A DNA stretch of 64,000 nucleotides from Candidatus Daviesbacteria bacterium (lineage in GTDB: Bacteria > Patescibacteriota > Microgenomatia > Daviesbacterales > UBA10151). This document shows, piece by piece, positions 26,957-35,500 of this stretch (positions are counted from its first letter, which is position 1; each line of letters begins with the position of its first letter). Position numbers and translations under genes: made by a program. Under the pieces are notes generated by a model. That model was not told the DNA's origin, did not search any database, and saw only the letters and a program-made list of their open reading frames with translations. Where the stretch lies: positions 514,619-578,618 of the forward strand of contig CP066688.1 in NCBI GenBank assembly GCA_016432425.1, read 5' to 3'.

Positions 26957-27682
26957 ATGAAAGTTAATATTTTAGGAGTTAATATTGATGATGTATCAGA
27001 AAATAAGGCTATTGATATAGTTAAGTCATGGTTAAAAGATAAAACAAAAAGGTATATAGTTACTCCTAATCCGGAATTTCTGATGTTGGCTCAAAAAGAC
27101 AGCGAATTTAAAAGGGTTTTGAACCAGGCTGATTTGGCTATTCCGGATGGGGTGGGGTTAAAAATGTCTGGCAAGATTAAAAATACCACCCCCGGGGTGG
27201 ACTTAATGGAGAAGTTAATTTCTAAAAGTGAGGATTGGGGCGCTACAATAGGCTTTTTGGGAGGCAAGAAAGGGGTAGCAGAAAAATTAGCTGAGTGCTT
27301 ATTAGCAAAATACCCTAGCCTAAAGATTACATTTGCAAGCGACGGGGGAATAATTAATAAAGATGGGAATATGGTTGGGCAAGTAGATAGTAGTAAGTAT
27401 CCAGCTACCGATTTATTGTTTGTGGCTTTTGGGCAGGGGAAACAGGAAAAATGGATTGCCCGGAATTTGCCTAAAATTCCTGTTAAAGTAGCTATGGGGG
27501 TAGGTGGATCTTTTGATTACCTCTCAGGTAACATTACCAGGGCTCCTAAAGTATTAAGGAAATTGGGATTAGAGTGGCTTTTTAGACTCATTACCCAGCC
27601 TTGGAGAGCCTCTAGACAATTAGTTTTGATCCAGTTTGTGTTACTACTTTGGTGGAAACGTATCATAAGTATGGTACACTGA
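26957..27682 (+). CDS. WecB/TagA/CpsF family glycosyltransferase
   Basis: IVTPNPEF, IPDGVG, VAFGQGKQEKWI, GVGGSFD, GLEWLFRL; start re-called at MKVNILGV because the ORF-track N-terminus is repeat-derived. Confidence 0.92.
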   Translation: MKVNILGVNIDDVSENKAIDIVKSWLKDKTKRYIVTPNPEFLMLAQKDSEFKRVLNQADLAIPDGVGLKMSGKIKNTTPGVDLMEKLISKSEDWGATIGFLGGKKGVAEKLAECLLAKYPSLKITFASDGGIINKDGNMVGQVDSSKYPATDLLFVAFGQGKQEKWIARNLPKIPVKVAMGVGGSFDYLSGNITRAPKVLRKLGLEWLFRLITQPWRASRQLVLIQFVLLLWWKRIISMVH

Positions 27683-27686
27683 AAGT

Positions 27687-28193
27687 ATGATAGTCTCGCA
27701 CAGCTTAGATAAATTAAAAGAAGTTTTAATGGATCCTAAGGTAAAGGGAGTAAAGAAACCTTATTTTGTAATTAAAGGAGAAGACCAAAATATTACCATT
27801 CTGGCTCCTGGCAAAAATGGGTTGGAATATAATAAAACTTATGGTCATTTCCATAATTACCAAGGGGTAGAAATTTACCATTGCTTATACGGCCAGGGGA
27901 TTTTAGTGATGCAGAGAAATGATGAAAATGGGGAGGCTAAAGAATTTAAGGTAGTTAGCTTAAGCGCTGGTAAGCAAGCAGAAATTCCAGCCGGGTATGG
28001 TCATAGTTTAATCAATGTCGGTAAGGGGTTTTTGGCAGTTTTAGATAATGCTCCGGATGATCTAAGGGCCCATAACTATGAACCAGTGAAAGAAAAAAGG
28101 GGTTTTGCTTATTATGTAGTAGAGAAAAAAGGGGAAATTAGCTTTGATCAAAATCCCAACTATCGCGTACACCCTCAAATTACAGTAGAATAG
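27687..28193 (+). CDS. Cupin-type (archaeal-type) glucose-6-phosphate isomerase family protein
   Basis: EYNKTYGHFH, EIYHCLYGQG, IPAGYGHSLINVG, GFAYYV. Confidence 0.75.
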   Translation: MIVSHSLDKLKEVLMDPKVKGVKKPYFVIKGEDQNITILAPGKNGLEYNKTYGHFHNYQGVEIYHCLYGQGILVMQRNDENGEAKEFKVVSLSAGKQAEIPAGYGHSLINVGKGFLAVLDNAPDDLRAHNYEPVKEKRGFAYYVVEKKGEISFDQNPNYRVHPQITVE

Positions 28194-28281
28194 TCCTTTG
28201 ATTTTACTCAGGATAAACTTTTCGGCTTTACAACAACCTTTTTGATATCAATTAGCAGAGTGATTAACCAAAGTGCTAATC

Positions 28282-28518
28282 TTAATAAGAGCTTGAAGAG
28301 CCGGAGTCGCTGGAGCCGGATTTTTGGGTAATTCCTAACAGCCACAAAACTGCCTCTTTTTTGTAACGACGGTCACCTCGAGAATTAATCCTAATTGCAG
28401 GCAACTTGCCTCTTTTGCCCCAACGCTTAATGGTTAAAGGGGAGACACGCAGGACTTCTGCTACTTCTTTAACTGTTAATAAATCCGGAAGATTTTCGAG
28501 TGATATTTTGTCTGCCAC
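28282..28518 (-). CDS. Small excisionase/BldC-like HTH DNA-binding protein
   Basis: LLTVKEVAEVLRVSPLTIKRWGKRGKLPAIRINSRGDRRY. Confidence 0.85.
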   Translation of the reverse strand: MADKISLENLPDLLTVKEVAEVLRVSPLTIKRWGKRGKLPAIRINSRGDRRYKKEAVLWLLGITQKSGSSDSGSSSSY

Positions 28519-28632
28519 TGTAAGTCAATATATATCATACATACTAAATAGATGTCAATATACTTCTTCTTTCACCAGAGCATATTTTATTCCACTATTG
28601 ACTATAGCAAAATTTTTTGCTATTTTTTGGAC

Positions 28633-28836
28633 ATGAGATCACCTGAAAATTCACCAGTCATGGCAAAGCCGCGGGTTCCTTTAGAAGTACCAAGAAGGCG
28701 AGAAAATCCGGATGTAGCTAATCCATTTCCAGACAGAAGACTGCCTAAGCCTAATAAAACATCAGAGCCAATGGTTGTACCAGTTGAACCAGAACCAGTG
28801 AGAATAAATCCCAGAGAGCCCGTCCGAGTAGGATGA
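28633..28836 (+). CDS. Short Pro-rich hypothetical protein
   Basis: ORF from MRSPENS; ends 15 bp before the next gene; function unknown. Confidence 0.45.
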   Translation: MRSPENSPVMAKPRVPLEVPRRRENPDVANPFPDRRLPKPNKTSEPMVVPVEPEPVRINPREPVRVG

Positions 28837-28851
28837 TAATTTACAGAGGTT

Positions 28852-30336
28852 ATGAATTACCAGGAGAGTTTATACAATCAGGCTGTTAGAAAATTTAGCT
28901 CGGAGCTTCCTTACAATATGGGTATTAATCCAGATTTATCTCATTTGCCTCAGGAAGTACAAGATTTTCATTTTGCCATGGGCTGTAATGGTTTTTTTCA
29001 GCTCCCAAATGAGGAATGGTTTTATTCTTCAGCTGCTGCAGAACCATTCCGCCGTGAATTTAAGGGGCAAAATGTAGCATTTTTCGGGCCAAATGGGGTG
29101 AACCCCTTTTTTAAAGATATATTTCCCCATCATCATCCCAGGGAACTTTCCCTTGTTTTTTCGAACCCCGCAGTTATTAGGGCAATTAGAAAATACAGGG
29201 GGCTTGATGAAGATCAGGCAGCCAGGATAGCCTTTTTATTGGGTGGAATGGTACGTCAATTAGAAGATTCAAAGATGATATTTCCTCAAAGTGTAGAGAA
29301 GGCAGAATTTGTGGCCAGAATGGCTATGTTAGGAGAGCAAAAAAGCGGAGAGGCGGTGGTTTCTGCCATGGCGATGTATGTTTTATCAGGTGGTTCTACT
29401 AGTGAAGAGAAAGATTTCATGGGGGGAGTGTATCGGATGAGTGAAGCCATTAGGGGAGATAGTATTATACCTACCCAAACAAAAGATCTAGGTTTGTCTC
29501 AAGTGGCTCGGCTGAGAAACTTTTTAAATAGAGGAGAATATGATTTTTTCCCTGACAGCACAGATTCCTACGGTGTCTTAGATGGTTTTCCCACTGTGGG
29601 GGCGGAATTTCATTTTTCTCCTGATGCTGCCCAAGAATTTCCTCGCCTTTGGCAAAGACTGGCGCTTTTAAATATGTCTCAATATCAAAGAGACTCTTAT
29701 GTGCAGTTTTCTAGAAATGACCAGGATGTGATTGAAATAAGGATGAATCCTTCTATTTATCCCATTACCATAGCTAACTGGCGCCACATGAGATTACTCC
29801 TCCCAGAACTTGACCGGGCTTTTTTTACTATTACTTTGAATCGTCCCACGGATAATTTTCAGTGGAAAAATTCTTATGATGTTGATTTATTAAACCGGTT
29901 GCGGACTTTAGGGTTACTTACTTATGCCGGTTTATTTGAAACTGCTCCCAATAGAGCGGATCCGGGGGAGATAGATTTTGGAGCAATTTATTTAGGTCAA
30001 ACTGTTAAAATTTTAGACGGAAAGTATAATTTTTCAGGTAATTGGGGTGGCAAAGAAGGACAGTTTGGCCAACTTGGCCTCTATGTAGGTTTTGGTGATA
30101 ATTTACCTCATCTGGCTTATTACCTTTCTATGGCTTTAGCAAATCCTTTTCTTTTGTCAGCATTAGCACACAAAAAATTTTGGCTTAATGTTAGAACTTT
30201 GCCTGATGCTCTAAAGACGCCGCCAAGAGTGAGAAGAAATGTTATGACGCGGCTACAGGAGTTAATTAATCATAATCAAAGGTTAAAACAGGCCTCCGAT
30301 GCAGGAGAGCAAATTGTTGAGTATTTACGCCCTTAG
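28852..30336 (+). CDS. Hypothetical protein (494 aa)
   Basis: Long ORF; weak resemblance to carboxylate-amine ligase motifs (TVGAEFH, IEIR). Confidence 0.7.
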   Translation: MNYQESLYNQAVRKFSSELPYNMGINPDLSHLPQEVQDFHFAMGCNGFFQLPNEEWFYSSAAAEPFRREFKGQNVAFFGPNGVNPFFKDIFPHHHPRELSLVFSNPAVIRAIRKYRGLDEDQAARIAFLLGGMVRQLEDSKMIFPQSVEKAEFVARMAMLGEQKSGEAVVSAMAMYVLSGGSTSEEKDFMGGVYRMSEAIRGDSIIPTQTKDLGLSQVARLRNFLNRGEYDFFPDSTDSYGVLDGFPTVGAEFHFSPDAAQEFPRLWQRLALLNMSQYQRDSYVQFSRNDQDVIEIRMNPSIYPITIANWRHMRLLLPELDRAFFTITLNRPTDNFQWKNSYDVDLLNRLRTLGLLTYAGLFETAPNRADPGEIDFGAIYLGQTVKILDGKYNFSGNWGGKEGQFGQLGLYVGFGDNLPHLAYYLSMALANPFLLSALAHKKFWLNVRTLPDALKTPPRVRRNVMTRLQELINHNQRLKQASDAGEQIVEYLRP

Positions 30337-30367
30337 TATGAGTCTAAAGCCTCTATTTCACTTTCGT

Positions 30368-31111
30368 TCAATATAAGACTATTCCTCCTGTGGGATCAGG
30401 GAATTCTGGCCTGGTATTTTGGGCAAATGCATAAAAGGGCGCTTGGCTCATAATTCTACCATTGGTCTTTCCTCTAAAATTATGGTCGCAGTTTGGAATA
30501 AGAAACAACTGCCTCAAACTGGCGGCGGTTGCTAAATTATAGAAAGCTTTTCCTGTTTCTGGTCCTACATTAGTGTCATTTTCCCCAATAATCACAAATA
30601 CTTCTCCTGGAAACCGGGATAAGCCCCTTTCGATTTGTCCCATCCCCATGTTGGCTCCAGGTGCCATGAGCAGGAGTCTTTTAACTGCCTCGTATTCATA
30701 AGCAATGGCTGCTGCTGCTCCTCCTCCGGCTGAAGTGCCAATAATTAAAACTTCCGGTCTTTGTGCATCACAAATAGCTTGGGCATTTTCCAGGGCATAT
30801 TCAATCATTTTCCGAAGTTGAACATCTTCGGTAAAACCATCAAAATCAGGCCAGCCCGGTCCTTTACCTCTCACCACCGCTCCCAACCCTTCTCCCTGCA
30901 TATACTGGGCTAATTTTCTATGTTTATCCATATAGCCTTCTCTTTCTCCATGATAGCCTGGATAGTTAATAATAATTCTTTTAGAAGAGTTGGGATGAAT
31001 GGCTAGATCCAGGCCTAAAAGATGAAATGATTTAGAGCCCTTAGGTTGAGCGGTCCAGCTTAAATGGACTTCTTCTATAGGTTGATGTTCATAATCTTCT
31101 GCTCTTGCCAT
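30368..31111 (-). CDS. Alpha/beta hydrolase
   Basis: GTSAGG nucleophile elbow, GENDTNV, CDHNF. Confidence 0.85.
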   Translation of the reverse strand: MARAEDYEHQPIEEVHLSWTAQPKGSKSFHLLGLDLAIHPNSSKRIIINYPGYHGEREGYMDKHRKLAQYMQGEGLGAVVRGKGPGWPDFDGFTEDVQLRKMIEYALENAQAICDAQRPEVLIIGTSAGGGAAAAIAYEYEAVKRLLLMAPGANMGMGQIERGLSRFPGEVFVIIGENDTNVGPETGKAFYNLATAASLRQLFLIPNCDHNFRGKTNGRIMSQAPFYAFAQNTRPEFPDPTGGIVLY

Positions 31112-31135
31112 ATTAAGGATTATAACGCTAATGAT

Positions 31136-31747
31136 TTACTGTAATTCTACAGTTCCACCAGCGGCGGTTAACTTGGTTTTTGCCTCATCTGCACTCTCCT
31201 TATTAACTCCTTCTAACACTGGTTTAGGAGCACCTTCCACTAAATCTTTAGCTTCTTTCAAGCCTAAAGTGGGAACCAGCTCTCTAACTGCTTTAATTAC
31301 TGAAATTTTATTAGCTCCACCACTGCTTAAAATTACATTAAAGGTGGTTTTGCCTTCATCAGCTGCTTCTCCGTTAGCGGCGGAAGCACCGGCGGCAGCT
31401 ATTGCTACCGGAGCAGAAGCAGAGACACCAAATCTATCCTCTAAAGCATGAACTAAATCAGCCAGTTCTAAAACAGAAAGTTTTTCAATTTGTTCAATGA
31501 TCTTTTCCAAATCTTTTGAAACAACTTTTGAAGCCTTTTTTGGTTCTTCTGCTTTTGCCTCTTCAGCTTTAGGTTCCTCTTTGGCTGATTCAGCGACTTC
31601 TTCTGTTTTGCTCACCTCGGAGGAGTCACCTCCTTCGTCGGTGCCACCATCCGAGGTGGTTGCAGGAGCTTCTTCAATTGGAGCTTCAGCGACTTCTTCA
31701 GTTTGAACTTCTTTTTGAACAGGATCATTTTGTGGTTCGTCTGCCAT
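31136..31747 (-). CDS. rplL: 50S ribosomal protein L7/L12 with a long acidic N-terminal extension
   Basis: [37 protein letters not shown]. Confidence 0.95.
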   Translation of the reverse strand: MADEPQNDPVQKEVQTEEVAEAPIEEAPATTSDGGTDEGGDSSEVSKTEEVAESAKEEPKAEEAKAEEPKKASKVVSKDLEKIIEQIEKLSVLELADLVHALEDRFGVSASAPVAIAAAGASAANGEAADEGKTTFNVILSSGGANKISVIKAVRELVPTLGLKEAKDLVEGAPKPVLEGVNKESADEAKTKLTAAGGTVELQ

Positions 31748-31749
31748 AT

Positions 31750-32277
31750 TTAAACACCTCCTCTCGTTTTTTGGATTTCACTAAGCGCGTATACTAGATT
31801 TCTTAAGTTTCCTTGCAACACTCCTACTATACCTTGCAATGGAGCAACTAATACTCCTACAGTTTTAGCTCGCAGTTCATCTTTGGAAGGTAGACTGGCA
31901 AGCTGTTGGATTTTGCCCTCATCTAGAATGGTTTCTCCTAAAAATCCTGCTTTAACTTTTCCCACTCCGGCATCTTTTAAAACCTTAACCAAGATTTTAA
32001 TAGGGGTAACTTCATCACCATAAGCTAAAAGTGCCGCAGTAGGACCCTCTAGGTTGGAAGTTGGAAATGGGAAGTTGGAAGTGGGAAGCGCGCGTTGTAA
32101 CAGGGTATTTTTAGTGACAGTAAATTCACTGTCAGACTCTGCCAGTTGCATTCTTAAATTAGCCAGTTGCGGCATGGTCAAGCCTTTATAGTCAGTTAAG
32201 ACTACAGCCTTGGCCCGGCCTAATTTATTAGTAATATTTTCAACAGTTTGTTGCTTTTGTGCTCTTGTTTTAGGCAT
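31750..32277 (-). CDS. rplJ: 50S ribosomal protein L10
   Basis: [22 protein letters not shown]; directly upstream of rplL. Confidence 0.95.
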   Translation of the reverse strand: MPKTRAQKQQTVENITNKLGRAKAVVLTDYKGLTMPQLANLRMQLAESDSEFTVTKNTLLQRALPTSNFPFPTSNLEGPTAALLAYGDEVTPIKILVKVLKDAGVGKVKAGFLGETILDEGKIQQLASLPSKDELRAKTVGVLVAPLQGIVGVLQGNLRNLVYALSEIQKTRGGV

Positions 32278-32309
32278 CCTTCGACTCGCTTCGCTCGCTC
32301 AGGACTATA

Positions 32310-32470
32310 GTACTAAAAAAGCGCCTTTCTGAGGCGCATGTAATAGAATAATGAATTATGAATTATTCATCATTCATATTGCTTTATTCTAATTTAAACG
32401 CCTCGGTGAGACTTATGCTTCGACTACGCCAAGTCTGACTTGGCTACGCTCAGCACTCACTGTCTTAAGC
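32310..32470 (-). promoter_or_regulatory. L10 leader (ribosomal protein autoregulatory RNA) with repeat insertions
   Basis: Minus strand AAGACAGTGAG...CTCACCGAGG matches the L10-leader pattern; GCGCCTCAGAAAGGCGC+T-run hairpin; located 5' of rplJ. Confidence 0.65.
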
Positions 32471-32507
32471 TAAAACATTGTAGCTTAAAGTTCTATATTT
32501 TGTCAAC

Positions 32508-35500
32508 TTATGGATTTGGAGAGGGGGCCGGTTCAGAAGGTGCAGGCGCAGGCTCTGAGGTGGTGGGTGCAGGTTCAGAGGTGGATGTAGTAGGTGTAGG
32601 TTCTGTTGTGGTTGTGGTTGTAGGAGAAGGTGAAGGTGACGTGGTGGTAGTGGAGGTTGAAGTAGAGGTGCTGCCACCGCCATCAGACATACACCAGCCG
32701 CCATTATCGCTCATCCAGTGATAACCTGAAGGACAGGAGCCGCTTGACGAGGTAGATCCACCTGAAGTAGTTGTTGAGGTACTGGTAGAAGATGATGTTG
32801 ACTGGCGGCAGGTACAGGCAGCTGAATCAAAGTACCAGCCTGATCCGCAACTTGATGCTGAAACATTATAACAACCTTGTGATGAAGCCTGTTTGCATGA
32901 ACAGGATGAGCTGTCAAACCAGCCTGATCCGCAACCTCCGGCCGGCGGGGAGCAGCTGGAAGTCCCGGTGGAAGTTCCGCTGCCGCCATAATAAGTAGAG
33001 GAACCCCGGCATGAACAGGAGCCATAGTCCCAATAAGCACTGGTGCCGCATCCGCCTCCCGGAGGGGTACAGGAACCATAAGTATCAGTGGGGCTTGTAC
33101 GGATACAACCCCTGCCATCCCAGTAATACCCTGGGCCGCAGCTGGATTGGTTAAGGTTAGGAGAATAGTAGTTATAACTACCCGTTCCACTTGGATAAGA
33201 CGAGGTTGATGACCCACTAGGCACATAGGTTGGTCCATCAGACATGCACCAGCCTCCGGAATCAGACATCCAATGGTAGCCGCTTGGGCACTGTCCGGGA
33301 GCAGTGGGCCTGGGTCCTGAACCGGGCACAGTCCCGGCAGGAGGGTTGGTAGTGTAATAGCTGGGGGCCGGGCCATAATAACTGGGGGCAACATATGAGT
33401 AAGGTGAAGGCTGATAACCGGAGCCTCCGACAGGATAACCAAAACTGGCAGGAGGAGCTCCGGGAGCAGTGTAATAAGGACTATAAGGAGTATATCCGGC
33501 TCCGGTGCCTGTTGGGGTATAAGAATAAGAAGATCCATAGCTGCCGCCGTCACTCATACACCAGCCTCCTGAGTCATACATCCAGTGATACCCGGAAGGA
33601 CAAACCCCCGCGCTTTCAGCTTTTGGCCCCTGGCCATAAACTAGCGGTTTGCCGTCTTTATCCAAAGAGGGAGTGGGTACTGAATAGGATACTGAACCGG
33701 GCCCGCCGGTTGGTTGGGCATAATAAGAACTAATTGGTATGGCTGCGCCCGGGGCCGGACAAGGAGTATTGGCCGGGAAAGGCGGGGTGGGCAAATAACA
33801 GGGTCCTGCCTGGTTTCTGACCCCCAGGCTGTATGAGAGGGCTTCAATTCTGGCCAAATCATAGGGTAGGGGGGAGTTGGGATTTCTTCTTCTAAACTCT
33901 GCCACCTGAGAGAAAGATTCTCTGGTTGGCCTGAACTCTTCCTGTAAGGTGGCTACTGCCAAAACCACATCTTTGCGGTTTTGAAAATCTTCCAGTTTAA
34001 CAATATCCGGCCTGATAGTCTGGGTGACCTCTTCTATTCTGGTCAGTCTCACATAAGGACGAATCTCTGCCGGAATTTTTTGACCCGGTTCAAATGTTTT
34101 TTGGAACTCACCCAGTTTGGTCACAATATCTTCATTTTTTCCTATCTTCTCATCAATTTCTTGTTTTTGATCGGTAATATCGGCAATTTCGGCCAGTTTA
34201 CTAAGCTCCTCCAAGGGAACTACAGCTTTCGCCTCAACATTGTTAAAATTCTCATTCAGGAAGGCGGTATCTGCTGAAGTCAGACCACCTACTGACACCA
34301 GTGAACCAACTGTCGATCTAACCTCCACTCTGGAACTTGTTTCCAGTAGCTTCTTTTTGTCTTCTTCGGAAATCATCTCAGCCGGCAAGCCTTCAATCTT
34401 AGCTTTAACATCATCGGGAATAGGTGGCTCGCCCAAAACATCAGCCGCCCTGTCAACTACCAAAATCGGCATGGAAGTGGCAGCTTGAATAATTTCATCG
34501 GCTTCTTCTTTGGCCCAAGCCGACAGTTTCGATAGCATCAGGTTCTGTTCAACAGACCCATCACTCAAACCTTTGGCAATTTCCTGCTTGGCTCCTTCGG
34601 ATAGATTCTCCCGGGATACATCAGCCACTGTATCCTGTATCATCGAGATATAAGCAGTAATGGCAGCTTTGACTCCTGCTTTATCGTCTTTTTTCAGGGC
34701 ATCGGCTGCTTCAGCTAATCTTTCCTTGGCTTGGGCTAGCCTAACCTCCACGCTGGCCTGGGGAGTAAAAGCAAAAGTTCGCTGCAAACCCTCACCCCAC
34801 TGTTTAACAAAATAGAGGGGATTGCCTGGAGGGACAAAAGTTGGCTGGGGAATATTTATCTCCTGAATACCTCCCTCAATCGGTTTAGGCCAAGTACATT
34901 TACCGTCCGACCAGCTCCAATAAGCATTTGGATCTTGGCAAGAAGGCACGAAGTCGTTGGGAGAAACCTCACCCGGCTTGGGATAAGGAACACATTTGAA
35001 CTGACTAAAAGAATAATACTGATTGTTCTTACAGTTGTAATCTGTGGAATCAGCAACTTTTTTGCCATTATTATCCCATACACAACCATTTGACGCTTGG
35101 TAGGATGAGCCTTGAGGACAAGACTCCGAATCTCCCGGACCAGGAGTGGGTGTGGGAGTCGGCAAGGGAGTAATTCCACCAGTTTTAGTCTGACAGCTTT
35201 GGCTCTGCCAAGCCCAAGTATAGCCGGCCGGACAAATAGGAGAAGCATCTTCACCAAACCCCTGACCTTTTTGGTACGGTACACACTCTTTGGCAGCAAA
35301 AGAATAATACTGGCCCGGACCCTCACATCTGTATTGTTCGTAATCATTAAGTTTCTTGCCGGTATCAGCCCAGACACAACCTTCCCCGCTCTTGAAAGTG
35401 GCCCCAACTGGACAGGTGGTTAAAACTGCATCTGTTGGAGCTGGGGGTTGAGCTCCGAATTGACCCCTGTTAACAGGCCTGCTCGGATTTTCAGATGCCA

